Assembly: GCA_010093995.1 (NCBI GenBank)
Contig: ML992506.1
Span: forward strand, 1,229,109-1,293,108
Direction of reading: 5' to 3'
Source: Elsinoe ampelina
Lineage: Eukaryota
Length of the DNA stretch: 64,000 nucleotides
Shown: positions 37,714 to 50,283 of the stretch, piece after piece
Numbering within the stretch: position 1 is the first letter of the stretch
Layout: each line of letters starts with the position of its first letter
Position numbers and translations under genes: made by a program
The notes under the pieces: generated by a model
The model's input: the letters and a program-made list of their open reading frames with translations, nothing else
Told to the model about the DNA's origin: nothing
Database searches by the model: none

Positions 37714-38273
37714 CGTGGCGACAGCAGGGATCAAATCTGCTGAGCCTGCCTGAGCTGGTGCTTTTGGGAAGGGGGCTGACGGCGATGATGCTCTCCGTGA
37801 TTGGCGGTATGTTCGGTCCAAGAAGCAGGTACAGGCCGTTTATGAAGATCGGTAAGATTGATGGGTTGCTTGGGCGCAGCCTTCGTCGGCAATGCTCGTC
37901 AGACGGTAAGAACGTGTTGTGGTCGAGATTGGTAAAGGTGGTGAGAATCTTGATGTTCTTTATGTGATTTAGAATGTATGTGAATGGTATTGTGGCCGAC
38001 TAGAATACCATTGATGATTATTGGCGCGTCGCGGCTAATAGCCGCCACCTTCACATGGCACAGGTTCAGAAACTGTGTTATTGAGTCTATTGTTATTCAT
38101 TCGAGCTATCTGCTTTTGACTGTCATGAACAATCCACAGGAGAGATTTTCGTCGCATCCGCATGCATTGACCCAGCGAACCATCCATCCTGAGCATACTC
38201 CCAGCCGGCATCGGAGCGGAGGTCCGCCTCCCTCGATTCGGCCATCACCTTGCTTGGCCTGATTGCCCATAGT

Positions 38274-39215
38274 CTAATCTTGGCCAGTCGGGCAATCCTC
38301 CTCGTCGTCGTGCTCATGGTAGTGACAGGCGCCCCTTTCGCCGGTGAAGGAGGAGAAGTCGGTCGCACCCTTATGAGCGAGACATGCCTGGAGGACAGCC
38401 TCGGTCGATTCAACCCCGGCATACCTGGTGATCTCTCTAGCGCTCTTCTCGTTTCCGTAGATGACCCACCAGTGAACGATAAAGTCGTACAACATGGAGT
38501 TGTCCGCCAACTTTCTGGAGATGTCGTGGAATACGTTGACATTGAACAAACCCGGGTCGTCGCGTCTGGCGTAGAGCACATCCATGATGCAGGGCATGAG
38601 GTTGGTGGCGCCGATCATGTCTGCCAGGAAGTAAAGAGCGAGACAAATGTCCGTCGGCAAGTCGTAGTCGTGAATCTCGTAGACGCCTTGATCCTTGCCG
38701 GAACCAAAGTGACGGTAAAGCCACTGGAAGAAATGCTCGAAGACAGCAGGAGTGACTCCTTCCAGAATGACCACATTCTCCCTCTCAGGACTCCAGCAGT
38801 CCTTGAGAGCCGCAGCAAAATATCCCGATTCCTTCTCCAGAGCTGACTTGTGGATGTGGTAGAATGACTTCTCCTGATTGTGGATCAGGACAACGGTCAC
38901 CATAGCGGTGAAGATGGTGCTATCAACATTAGTCGACAGGCAGGCAAGAACTACTGCAGAGGTATCTTACAGGCTTATGGTAGGGGATGTGATGCCCGTC
39001 CTGATCAAGGAATGCTCATCGCCCATGGTAAACGTAGGCCCTTCGGTCTGGGTCGATGTGTTCTGGCAACCGTTTCCCTCCGCATTGCTGCGATTGCTCT
39101 CCGTACGATTGCCCTGATGAACGGAGAACGTTTCGCGAAAGCGGTGCCTAACGATCGCGCTCGATGCAGTGCCAGCAGACGTGCCCGCCGCCGCTTCCGA
39201 GTTGTTGTCACTCAT
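38274..39215 (-). CDS. BTB/POZ-domain protein 4 (intact; intron 38920-38970)
   Basis: MVTVVL..FYHIHKSALEKESGYFAAALKDCW..VILEGVTPAVFEHFFQWLY..LYFLADM; tail ACHYHEH..C. Confidence 0.87.
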
Positions 39216-39567
39216 ATCGCTTGATTTTCTGCTTTCGATCAGCTCATCTGCAGCATGATCTGCAACGTTCAATGGACGTACCTACCCTTGGAGACGTCGA
39301 GGATGATATAGAGTTTGAAGCGGATGCTGCGTGTGATTACAACTGAAGTGAAGGTGGTAGAGAAGAGACACAAAGAGAAAATACATTTGGAGTATCTATG
39401 AAGTGAATAAAAGTGGATCTCTCGCCAGTCAGCTAAGCCGCGCCGTATAGTCTGATTGGTCAGTGGAGCCTTGTCTTCTTACGTCTTGCAAGGCATGAAG
39501 GCCATGTCGGCTTGGCACTGGCATCGAGGGGATCATTGCTGGCGTGAAGGCTTGGCTTCGAACGATT

Positions 39568-40502
39568 CTAGATTCTTGTCTGCGACCTAGTCGAAACACG
39601 ATTAGGTGGCATGGAAGCATCGCCGCCCCCAGTATTAGGCAGAGTTCGATTGTTTTCAGCAGGTGACTGTGACAAAATGCCGTCGTAATACATGTCGGGT
39701 TCTCCTTGCCTGTTCGTGAAATTATTCAACAGGTGCAAGTGTGACATTGATGGTTGTTCGTTGCGAGCCTGGACTAGAAACTTTGCCGCAAGCTTTGTAT
39801 GATATTCCACTGGTAGATCTTCGAGATGATCCTTGACGAATATGGAGTTGGGAAGGAATACCGCAGCGTCTAAAAGGAACTCCACGAGTTTACCATCATC
39901 AGGGCCGAGGAAAGCAGCTTCTCTGCTGCTGGAGTCAGCCAGTCCAGAAGGAAACGCTTTCCGAAGATGTATGCCATCACAAGACGCTTCATAGGTGCGT
40001 CTTGCAATTTGTCGGTCAAGACCCAAAGGTGGCAGGCGAGCTCGGCGGATAACGACATGTCTAGACCGGATCGTGGATTGGATACAAGCACATGCTTGCG
40101 ATAGCAGCATTCGATGTAAAGATTGACGATTGTTGGGTCGTCGTCTGGCATCTCGATCGTCTTCTCCTCTCGTTCGAGCCAATCGTTCGTCATACAAGCT
40201 TTGAAGAAGTGGCTGGAACGAGCCAGGACTTTCGCGTGCACGAGGTATGTCTTTGCTTCATCCCCTGGACCGACGATGACAGAAATGACCTCGTCATAGT
40301 TGCCTCTGCGGACAGTGTCAGGTTACTTCACCTGCTGCCCGTGACTAAGAGATACTCACCCTGCCGCTTTGGTCCAATCGGCGATTGATATGTCTCGATG
40401 GTCGTACGCCTGCATTATCTTCTTTTTGATATTCCTCGGCTGAGAGTCGTGCAATTCCGCCTCTGCTTTCCGCTTCTCAGCTGCTGTCCTATCATCCGCC
40501 AT
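39568..40502 (-). pseudogene. BTB/POZ gene 5, frameshifted near 39910 (intron 40306-40359)
   Basis: VISVIVGPG..YLVHAKVLARSSHFFKACMTNDWLE..IEMPDDDP..LWVLTDKLQD. The C-terminal GPDDGKLVEFLLD..LEDLPVEY is in another frame with no splice sites between. Confidence 0.75.
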
Positions 40503-40731
40503 GGATATGCGTGGGGGGAATTGAGGATCTGGGTAGTAATGGACTGAGCAGAAGGCTTCTTCTTGACAACCTTTCCAGCATGGGAGAGAAGGACTCGCTT
40601 TATTCTTGACGGATGCGGCTTTCAAGGCGGTCAGGTTGCAATGAAGTTTGAAGTGGCGGTTGGCCCTTTGTTGCGGTGTGCTACTAGCTTTGTGGGTACC
40701 GAAGCGAGCAGACTTCCTTTCACTTCTTCTT

Positions 40732-41562
40732 TCATTTCTTCTCTACAGGCTCATGCCAATTGAGAGCCTTTATATCGAGTGGACCTTTGTTGGGATTGCG
40801 TTGCAAGAAGTACCGAAGTACGGAACCCACTAAGCGTGGAGCATCGGTATACATACCCTCATGGATATGCTCTGGCTTGGCTTTCCAGATCATCATGTGA
40901 TATAGCAAAGAGCGCAGCTTGTCCTTCTCCGATGGAGGTTCATTCCAGATCAGGGCCATGGTTGACGAAGACATGTCGAGCATTCTATTTCCGGCAGCAA
41001 GGAAAAGATCGATGATGTCGTTCTTCAGCTTTATGGCTTGGATCTTGTCGGCAAATCTGTACAGTTCTACCCAGGAATGCATCACATCGGGATCAGCTTT
41101 GGCATCCGGGGGGTCACTCACACCATCCTGACGAGCGCCAGGCGGCAGCGCCGAGCTAAGCTTGCCTTCAATACGTCCGCTGTAAGACCATCCAACAAAA
41201 GCATTGAAGATCTGGCTGTCGTCCTCTGGCAGCTCAAGGGGAATTTGCTCACTGGCGTTCCACCTCGAACTCAATGCTGCTTCAAAGAATGGTGAAACCT
41301 TACGAAGAATATGGGCATGAACCAGGAATGGAGTTGCTTGGTCGCCAACATGTATGGTCACAACATGTTGATAGTCAAAACTTGGTACCGTCAGCTCACA
41401 TGCTGGAAGACTCCATACCAGATCATACTTGTCAGAAGTTACCCGTCGCTTTGTTGGACTTGATGAGGCGCAGTCCACCTCTTCCGACGCAAGAGTCTCA
41501 TTCAGGGCTGATTGATTTGAAGGTCTCTTCCTCTTTGAGCTTCTGGAAGCGGTCGATGGCAT
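40732..41562 (-). CDS. BTB/POZ-domain protein 6 (intact; 48-nt intron 41381-41428)
   Basis: VVTIHVG..FLVHAHILRKVSPFFEAALSSRW..LELPEDDSQIFNAFVGWSYSG..ELYRFADKIQAIKLKNDIID; N-terminal KRKR. Confidence 0.9.
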   Translation of the reverse strand: MPSTASRSSKRKRPSNQSALNETLASEEVDCASSSPTKRRVTSDKYDLVWSLPACELTVPSFDYQHVVTIHVGDQATPFLVHAHILRKVSPFFEAALSSRWNASEQIPLELPEDDSQIFNAFVGWSYSGRIEGKLSSALPPGARQDGVSDPPDAKADPDVMHSWVELYRFADKIQAIKLKNDIIDLFLAAGNRMLDMSSSTMALIWNEPPSEKDKLRSLLYHMMIWKAKPEHIHEGMYTDAPRLVGSVLRYFLQRNPNKGPLDIKALNWHEPVEKK

Positions 41563-42055
41563 TGTCTTTGAACTTTTGATAGAATGATGGCAATTTCCAG
41601 CAAGTCTTTGTCCCGGCTGTTCATGAGATCAAGTGCTTATGTAATCAAGATTGTACCCGAATTTGCTCAACGGGACAAAGCAAACCTTGCTCCAACTACC
41701 ATTGATTTGACCTCTCCATCACGACTCGACTGCCAATGTATAGTCGACGTGTTGATTGCTTGGACATCTTGATTTCCGAGCAAAGGCGATTGCAATTCGG
41801 CCATGTCTCGATCACAACTCGGCCATCCTTGAGCAACCCGTGGTTGGACCCACCTTGATCGACAGGAACTTCGTCATTCTGGAGCTCCACGTCCTAACAT
41901 CAGCTTAACCAAGGTAAGCTCGACAGCTTCCGGTCGTCCAGGTAAGATACTCCTTACACGGATTTCACAACCCTTCCCACCACCATTTCTGTCACAGACT
42001 TGCGATAGAGCCATTGGGAGTCTTGCTGCTCGGCTGAAATTGGAAAACCTTCACA

Positions 42056-43744
42056 ATGTCTGTGTCTGCGGCTCTCAAAGCCCGAGTCCGTCGGCCCAGC
42101 TATCTCAAAAAGGTTTGCTCAGCGGAAGACACGATCAAGTATTTCCCGCACGACTCTTACATCGGCTGGAGCGGCTTCACCGGTGTGGGATATCCCAAGT
42201 AAGTATGCCTGCAGGGGACTTTCCATTTTGCTAACCTTGTCACAGAAAGATTCCTGCAGCATTGGCCGATCATGTCGAGAAGAACGGGCTCCAAGGCAAG
42301 CTCAAATACAATCTCTTTGTTGGGGCGTCGTCTGGATCAGAAACAGAGAATAGATGGGCACAGCTGAATATGATTGAGAGAAGAAGCCCTCACCAAGTGG
42401 GAAAAGAGATTGCAAAGGGGATAAACAACGGCAACATCAAGTTCTTCGATAAGCATCTCAGTATGTTTCCTGTCGACTTGATGTATGGCTTTTACACCAA
42501 GCACAAGAAGGAGAACAGGCTGGATGTCGCCGTGGTGGAGGTCTGCTTCCTCGGCCAAGAACAAGGAAATACAACTAACTTCTGAACAGGCCAGCGCCAT
42601 CACCGAAGACGGAGGTATAATACCTGGAGCCAGTGTCGGAGCCAGTCCTGAAATCATACAAATGGCCGATAAGATCATTATCGAAGTCAACACTGCTGCG
42701 CCGTCAATGGAGGGTCTGCACGATATCACAATGACAGATCTGCCTCCACGCCGAAAACCATATCTGATCATGTCCCCGGAGGATCGTATTGGCACACCTC
42801 ACATTCCGGTGGATCCCGAACGAGTGGTGGCTGTTGTCGAGTCCGACTATCCTGACAAGACCCAGCCAAATGCACCCGAAGATGAGACCAGCCGAAAGAT
42901 TGCATCCAATCTCGTTGAGTTCCTCAAGTACGAGGTGTCGAAAGGTCGCCTTCCAAAGAGTCTTCTGCCCCTCCAGTCTGGTATCGGCAACATAGCAAAT
43001 GCTGTCATTGGCGGCCTTGCGTCTGGAGGCGCCGACTTCAAGAACTTGAAAGTGTGGACAGAGGTCCTGCAAGACTCATTCCTCGACCTCTTTGACTCTG
43101 GGAACCTTGACTTTGCGACTTCCACCTCGATTCGTTTCTCTCCAGAAGGCTTCAAGCGCTTCTACGACAACTGGGAGCAGTACCATCCTAAGCTTCTACT
43201 GCGTTCCCAGCAAGTTTCCAACTCGCCCGAGATCATTCGCCGGCTGGGTGTCATCGGCATGAACACACCTGTGGAAGTCGACATCTATGCTCATGCCAAC
43301 AGTACCTGTGTCATGGGATCCCGCATGCTCAATGGCCTGGGAGGGTCAGCAGACTTCCTACGTTCAGCCAAGTACTCGATCATGCACACACCATCTACTC
43401 GCCCGACCAAGACCGATCCTCATGGTGTCAGTTGCATCGTCCCAATGTGCACACACATCGACCAAACCGAGCATGACCTGGATGTTGTAGTCACGGAGCA
43501 AGGTCTTGCTTGCGTAACTGGCATGTCTCCTCGGGAGCGTGCTCGCGAGATCATCAAGCAATGTGCTCATCCAGAATACCGGCCAATTCTCCAAGATTAC
43601 TTTGACCGCGCCGAGTTTGAGTGCCTCAAGAAGGGTTGGGGTCATGAGCCGCATCTGCTGTGGAATGCTTTTGACATGCACCGTCATCTGAATGACCATG
43701 GAACGATGAAGATCCCCAGTTGGGATGTAAGAGGATATTCATGA
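42056..43744 (+). CDS. ACH1: Acetyl-CoA hydrolase / CoA-transferase, 3 exons
   Basis: [63 protein letters not shown]; introns 42199-42245 and 42541-42589. Confidence 0.96.
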
Positions 43745-44063
43745 TCGCGAAACGAGATACTGACCTGCCTGGATCTGGATGTGTAGTCTCGACTCGTACT
43801 GCATTCGGCGCACGATATATGTTCTCAAATCTACTTCTTACTATGGTAAAAGCTTTCCGGTGCGTGCTATCTGTACAGTGGTCAGCTGGGGTACGGTACT
43901 GGCGCGCTCGCAATACAACATACCATCTGTCTTCCCTCGGAAGCCATCACCAGCTCAACAATGATGGTGCTGGCTGTCAACACGGCCATCACCCTTCATG
44001 GCTCTCTCTCGGATCGACGGTGACTCAACGTATTACTCTGGACTTCCATCAACGCGAGCCCGC

Positions 44064-44931
44064 CTACTCGGGACTAGCAGGTGGTGTCCTGACTTTGCTC
44101 CCCAGCAAATGCTCCATCTTTGCCGCCCTGGTCTTGAACGTCCCCGACATGAACTGCCTCCCTTGCGCAACGAGTTCCGGGCTCCAGATGGACCATTGCT
44201 CTACCTGAGCCTCGTGAACATCGGCAGCCCACCAGCGAACAGCGACGTCGCGGAGTTCATAGAACTGGCGAAAAGGTCCCTCAGGATCGACGAGCGTGAT
44301 GAGGTCGTTACGTTTGAACAGTTTCGCCTCGTTGCGCCTGCTGCGGAGGTGCTCAATGATGAGTCCGGTAGTCGTATAGGTGCCGTTTTTATTGGACATG
44401 AGGGCCGCTTCCATCAGCTGCGTCGTGCTGGCAAAGGTGCCGTTCGTAGTAGAGATGATGTTGGCCGATCCCATACTTCTGATTGCGGCGTACAGCTGGA
44501 AAGCCTCCCAGTGGTGATCACTGAAGTCGATACCGAAGCCGGGCCCGAGGGCTTTGTGGACGTACTCGCTACAGACCGCGATATGACCGCCGAGGTCTTT
44601 GGCCTCCGCTAGGGACATGGAGTCGGTCATGCTTGTCTCGTCTCCAGCACTGACGCGAAATTGGATCTTCCTGAACAGTACTCAGTGCCATTGCGCGTGA
44701 TAGTCAAGAGTGTACATACGCATCATCTTCGCCGTGGTTCTATAAAGTAGCGACGTTAGGGCTTCATCATTGTGACGCGACGAGAGGGCGACTTACCAAG
44801 GGTCTCGCGGCTTGAGCCCATGGCGATCGATTCTTGACGAGCTCTTCTCTTGCGCGATGCTGCTCGTGTAGCTCCTTGAGAGAGAGGTACACGACCTCGC
44901 GACGGGCCTTGCTGCGAGTGGTTGGCGCCAT
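44064..44931 (-). CDS. Hypothetical protein, probably a highly divergent BTB family member 7 (introns 44740-44796, 44671-44719)
   Basis: The spliced ORF is open: basic N-terminus, phase-2 intron before KIQFRVSAG, then IDFSDHHWEAFQLY (BTB 'I.L.d..p..F..y'-like). The domain call is inference. Confidence 0.5.
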
Positions 44932-45432
44932 GATGTGCCGCCTCTTTGTTCGATCTGCAACCATCAGGACAATTCTTTGATGTCTATACTGGACCTGCAC
45001 CTACGCACGGAGGAAACAGTGCCGCTCGTGGTGATGGAGTCTTCAATCCAGTGGATCCGGTAGAGAGGATGAGTAGTGTATGGTGGGGCTGATCAAGTTT
45101 GAAGCGCTCGAATGGTGTTGATGCGGCGGAAGACTTCAGGGCTTCGCGTCCGGCACTCTGGATGACGTCGGCCCGGACGGTTGTGCAGCTGAACAGAGCG
45201 GAACAAGGACGAGCACTGCAGTCTGGAACACATCGAAAGGTCACACTCACGAGGGCTTGCTTTCCAATAAGAGCGATTTTCGGGACTCTGTCTACCATTC
45301 TATGTTACAGGACTATTCCGCCCACCTCCAATGACAGTATCTAAGCCAGATCTCGAGGTAGAACCCAAGGCAAAAAATCCCTTCAAACCACTCTTTGATA
45401 TCCTATACGGCGTCACTCTTCGACATAGTCTC

Positions 45433-46569
45433 TCACAGCACCTCATTCTCCTCGATGTGGTTTGCCCTGCGTGGAGTCCCAACGACAAGGGACGCTGACC
45501 AGACACTCTGAGTTTCGTGAGCGGTATGCTCTGCAGAACCGCGCATCGCCAGGTTCGTCTGCCAGACAGCCCTACTCGCACCAGCCTGGCCTTTCTCGAT
45601 CTCGTCGTCCACAATCTGGCGCAAACCCTCCTCCGTCTGCACCATTGCCAAAGACCACCATTTCATCATCCCACTTGATAGGCCCACGAAGCCTTTCTTG
45701 GTGTACCAGTACTTCATGAGTGCCTGAAGGCCACTCAGCCCCATGGAGTGATCGTCCGCGATCAGAACACACATCTCTTGAAAGTCTGGCAGCTTGAACA
45801 AGCCGTCGTAATGCAGCCGTTCCTTGAGGTAGCGTAGGACTTCGCTCTTAGCGGTGTCCAGCTGAAGCTTGTGCGCGAGTGAGTAAACCTCCAAGAGAAG
45901 GTTGTGTCTGGTGAAAGGCGACGAAAGCTTCTCGGCCGCCCGCAACTCGATCTGGCGACCAGTCATGATGCTCATCACGATACTGAAGGGCCGGCTGTCG
46001 CTGCCTTCCCCGACACGTAGACCAACGCGCTCACCAGGTCGGAGTGATTTGACAAATTCCTCGAGCTTGCCGCCGGCGCTACGGAAAAGATCCTTCGTGC
46101 GGGTGCGCTGAATGTATGACTCGAGATATGGACCATACGGAAGCTCCACTGGGATAACATCGCTTTTGTCGGCAGGTCTAGACAAGTCAGTGAGGGGTTT
46201 CACAAGGATGAGATTGATGTACTGGAGCTCCGCGAGCTGACGGAATCTCTTCAGCTTGGCTTCCTCTGCCATGGCTTTCAGTGCATAGTCCTCGTCGGTG
46301 AAGTTCTGTTCGGGGTCGAATGAGACAGCGCCGTCGGTGGACTTCAGCTTCTTGTTCGGACGATCGTCATCGGCATCGTCACCATCGTGGTCGGCAGGGC
46401 GAGAACGCTTCAGAGCCGATTTGGCCGCCAAAGGGACGCGACGAATGACAACGATGCGGCTGGTAGTGTCGTTCTCGATGAGGTCCTTTAGGTTATACCA
46501 CTTCGTCGAACGGTCTACGTTGAAGCTGCGACTCTGGCCTGGACCAGTGACGACGAAGATTGTCGGCAT
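45433..46569 (-). CDS. Intronless hypothetical protein with divergent BTB-like C-terminal half (member 8)
   Basis: 378-aa ORF; RPFSIVMSIMTG..LLLEVYSLAHKLQLDTAKSEVL matches the BTB C-terminal helices; NLS-like LKRSR..NKKLK. Confidence 0.6.
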   Translation of the reverse strand: MPTIFVVTGPGQSRSFNVDRSTKWYNLKDLIENDTTSRIVVIRRVPLAAKSALKRSRPADHDGDDADDDRPNKKLKSTDGAVSFDPEQNFTDEDYALKAMAEEAKLKRFRQLAELQYINLILVKPLTDLSRPADKSDVIPVELPYGPYLESYIQRTRTKDLFRSAGGKLEEFVKSLRPGERVGLRVGEGSDSRPFSIVMSIMTGRQIELRAAEKLSSPFTRHNLLLEVYSLAHKLQLDTAKSEVLRYLKERLHYDGLFKLPDFQEMCVLIADDHSMGLSGLQALMKYWYTKKGFVGLSSGMMKWWSLAMVQTEEGLRQIVDDEIEKGQAGASRAVWQTNLAMRGSAEHTAHETQSVWSASLVVGTPRRANHIEENEVL

Positions 46570-47317
46570 GATGGACTGTGAATGGCTGAGAATGATGGTG
46601 TGATCGAATGATGTTGGTGACGACAGAAGGAAGAAGGTGGAGGTGTTGAGAGTGTGAGAGGCAGAGTGTGATATGATGGAGGCGGAAGTGGCAGCGGCGT
46701 CAATAGATGGGGGATCCGACAGCCTGGTCCGGCCAAGATGGCGGGTCAATCACTCGGGGGCACCTTGCGCGGCTTCGTTTGGCATGTGACGCTCAAGCTC
46801 GCGAATCGGGACAGCTACACCACGGGGAGGATGGTAGCCATGTTCAGAGACCCTCGGGACGATCTGGCAGCGCAGGGTACGGTCCAAAGAATCTCGGTTC
46901 ATGAAGCGGCAGAATCATGGTCTAGGACGATATTGCTGCAAGATCTTTTCCACACAGGCTGCGAGGACATTTCGAGGGTACTGCTCATGTTCATCCAGAC
47001 CTCGGGCATTCTCAAAGCATGCAGCTTTGCTGAAACAAAGACCCTTGACAAAGGTTTTTGCATGGCAGGTCATTGTTACGTAAGCAACCTTTAATCTCTG
47101 TCCTCGGTCCAACAAGCATCGAGCTTATGAGAGTTGGCACAATGGTATCTCGAGGTCATGATCGAGGTTTTGTTTGACTGAGACAATTATTGGGGTATCT
47201 ATACGATGCTAAACATGCTATATGCTCATTCAATATCTCCGGAAATTTCCAGCTCAATTCTCAAATTCCAGCAATGCAGCCATCTGTCTGGCCCTCCATC
47301 CGTCTCCTCCGATCTTC

Positions 47318-48333
47318 TCAGTTTGACATCTCGCTGTCCCCGTCGATCTGGGGATGACCATCCTCGGACCCCTCATTGGTCTGGCCCTGGTCTCCTGCGG
47401 CGAATCTCAACCTGACTGTCGGACCGGCCCTGGTGATCGCCTTACCGGTATCCTCCAAGTAGTCGGAGAGTTTGACGAGCGTCCACGCCTCCATCAGATC
47501 AACATTGGCCCTCATCCTCGTCATGAAGGTTTGGGTCATGAACAGCAACGCATCCTTGGTGTACCCGGACAGCACGCTCGGCTCGATGCTGTAGACAGCC
47601 CAAGCCTTGATGAATTCACATAGACCGCTTTTGTGGGGGATGAGAGGATTTCCCCTGGTACTGAAGACAGACTTGACAATTGCTGCGCTGAACAGGGTCT
47701 TTTCGTGGCGTGCGCCGTAGAACAGCTTAACGATCGAGTTCTGGATCTCGGGGGCTTTGAGTTTGTGGGCGAGATCGTAGCATTCGATTAGTTCGTCGAC
47801 ATCTGGAAGCTCAGGTTCGACATCGCGATAGGTGAATGGCGTGGCTCCCTCCACCATAGAGGCAGAAGTTGTACAGCATACGGAATGCCTCAGGAGCTGC
47901 AAAGCCAATCTTGACCTCGGCGGTGGAGTAGTCGCCGCTGAACTTTTTGGTCTTCTGCCTGAACCAGCCGGAGATGTCGTTGAGGCGTTCGGGGTAGCAT
48001 TCATAGCTTTCCTCGACATGATAGTCACCACCACCGACAGTCACGGTCAGAGTGGTCTTGTACAGAGTCCTGCTACTGGTCAGTGGATCGCTTCCACAAG
48101 GATGACTTGCGCGTACTCTGCCTTGTGCCCCTGGATGCTGGGCTCTGAGCCAATGTCGCTGCCATTGCTGGGTTCTGGCGAGTCGGAACGAACGTGCGTC
48201 GGCGCCTTCTTCGCGGTCTTGTATGGAGCAGCACGCTTCTTGCTCTTGCTGCGAGTACGGCTGTGAAAGTCAACAAGGTGTGGGAAAGGATCGAGGGCAG
48301 CATCGCCTACGTCTGGGAACGCTTTGGGGCCAT
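47318..48333 (-). pseudogene. BTB/POZ gene 9, frameshifted near 47850 (introns 48261-48310, 48073-48116)
   Basis: LTVTVGGG..LNDISGWFR..APEAFRMLYNFCLYG, then a frame change to LIECYDLAHKLKAPEIQNSIV..SGLCEFIKAW. Confidence 0.75.
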
Positions 48334-49038
48334 CTTGGATGCAATAGATCGCTTCTAGATCTATTACTATCGATGTTGCTGTTGTTGTCGATGATGAGCA
48401 CCACGAATGTGGTGTGATACCGATTGATGAAGTGTTAGGTAAAAAGGTAAGTGGTTGTGGTAAGATTCACTATTTATATAGTAGTCCAGGTTTCACGAGA
48501 GTGATGCCTCGTGGAGCGGATGTTGCCGCGAACCGAAGCTGAAATTCCACGGGCTCCTCGCTCTACGACGAACTTGGATGACGCGTGTCACGATCAAGGA
48601 ACGCAGGGGGAATGAGTCGTATCAAGTCGTTGTTGAGAGATTTACGAGGGATCAGAAGGTACACCAGGACCTCTGTTTCTCTATTATCTTTATACACCCG
48701 CAGGATATTTGACACGGAGCTTCAAGTCAACCATCGATCAATAACAATGCGAACAAGGGCCTCTTTAGGCGCAGTGGCGGTGCTCGGTTACTCAATCTTC
48801 TCCAAGGTATCTTGTACACTCTGTCGACTCTGACTGTTGCCTTGCATTGTATGTGACTACATCTGCAGTGTGTGTAACAAGGCTCCAAGGGGAGCAACTT
48901 TCCCGGTACTTATGGTCATCTTCTTCTTAAGATTGAGCTCAAACCATCAGAATCCAGCAATATCTTGCAAGCTGATCGCCGGGTTCACGCAGCCGATTCT
49001 ACGTCCTGTCACTATAGCATGATCAGAGACCCGCCCTT

Positions 49039-49846
49039 TCAGCGCACAAGCCACTTGTCCGACCTGTCACACCCACATCTATCTTCGCCGTGTTCCCAAT
49101 AGCATCTCATACTCCACAGCCCTCGCTCTTTGTGAGTGTAAGCACGCATCGGAAACAACGTCTTTGACTTCGCCATCTGCACAGCCTTCACCGCGCCTGG
49201 AATATGCTGCATGATAAGATTCAGAGCATCGACCTCACCATCCCTCACGCAGATCCAATCCGCTACGAGGTTCTGCATAGGACATTCTTCGCGAGTGTCC
49301 TCGAAAATCCTCTTGCCTTGGTCAATAGTCAAGCTGTTCTTCTTCAACAGAGGAATGAAAGCTTCCATCGCGATGTTCCTGAGGTCAGCGATGTCATACT
49401 TGTCAGCCAGAACGTAAATTTCGATGCAAGCGTCAAGACTCCAACCTTTGGTCGAGATGGTGGAATCTCGTGTAAGTTCGGCACGCACTGAGAGGCCATT
49501 GCATGACGGAGGAAGACCTCAAAGGCGATAGGCGTCTCCTCTGGTAGCTCGATGATTCCAGATTGGTTTCGATCCCAGTTGGAGCTCAGGGCTGCCTCGA
49601 AGAAGGGTGAAGAGTGCTTCAGGACGATACTGCTCACGCAGAACTTGGTTTGTGTTGGACCGACGAGGACTGTGACAATATCGCCGAAGAGCGACCTATC
49701 TGTATTAGCCAAGAATCACTACAGGGGCGGAGGACTTACTGTGAGTAATCAACAGCTGCGTTCTTGCTTGGTAGCCCGGGTCGTTCGACGGGGCCTTTGT
49801 TGTCCGGACGGTGCCACTGGGGGAGTTGCACGCGTGGTCTCCACAT
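49039..49846 (-). pseudogene. BTB/POZ gene 10, frameshifted near 49471 (intron 49696-49739)
   Basis: IVTVLVGPTQTKFCV..SSPFFEAALSSNW..IIELPEETPIAFEVFL, then a frame change to CIEIYVLADKYDIADLRN; tail RCYWEH..CGC. Confidence 0.85.
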
Positions 49847-50283
49847 TTTTGAGGTGAGTTACTCGGTTCAAGAAGAGAAGATATATCAAGAGTGGAATGG
49901 ACTGGAATGGACTGGACCAGCTCTTATGTCATACGGCCTGTCTTTGTGTGTTGTAAGCTTCGAAGAACAACGTGATTTAACGCTCTTTGTGAGCAATAGC
50001 CTGCGTCATGGTGAATAGTCTTCATTCAGATTTCTTTGTGTCCGTAGTAAGCTAACAGTGTCCATTGAGCTCAAGAACTCTTCTGCACATCCGATCATTC
50101 CCCGTGAGCAAACATACTTCAAGTTGTTCTGCGATTATGTTCATCAGATCAAGCACACTCCCTCTTTGCTATCTTCCTCGTCTCAGATGAGTGAAACCAG
50201 GATGGTTTCTGGCCTCAAGATGTCTTCAACCCTGTCTTCTTCACCGTGGTAAGTTCCTCCTCTGCCGACGCATTGTTCTTGAA

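Noticed and set aside
49440..49490. Possible GTGCGT-donor intron rescuing the frameshift in BTB gene 10 (similarly a 52-nt GTGGAG..CAG in gene 9)
   Set aside because: The AAG acceptor gives an out-of-frame product, and the segment aligns as coding sequence with paralog gene 11. The gene 9 donor is non-consensus and would delete the whole loop. RNA-seq would settle it.
50058..50252. Plus-strand peptide TYFKLFCDYVH resembling a BTB helix
   Set aside because: Too short and lacks the flanking BTB motifs.
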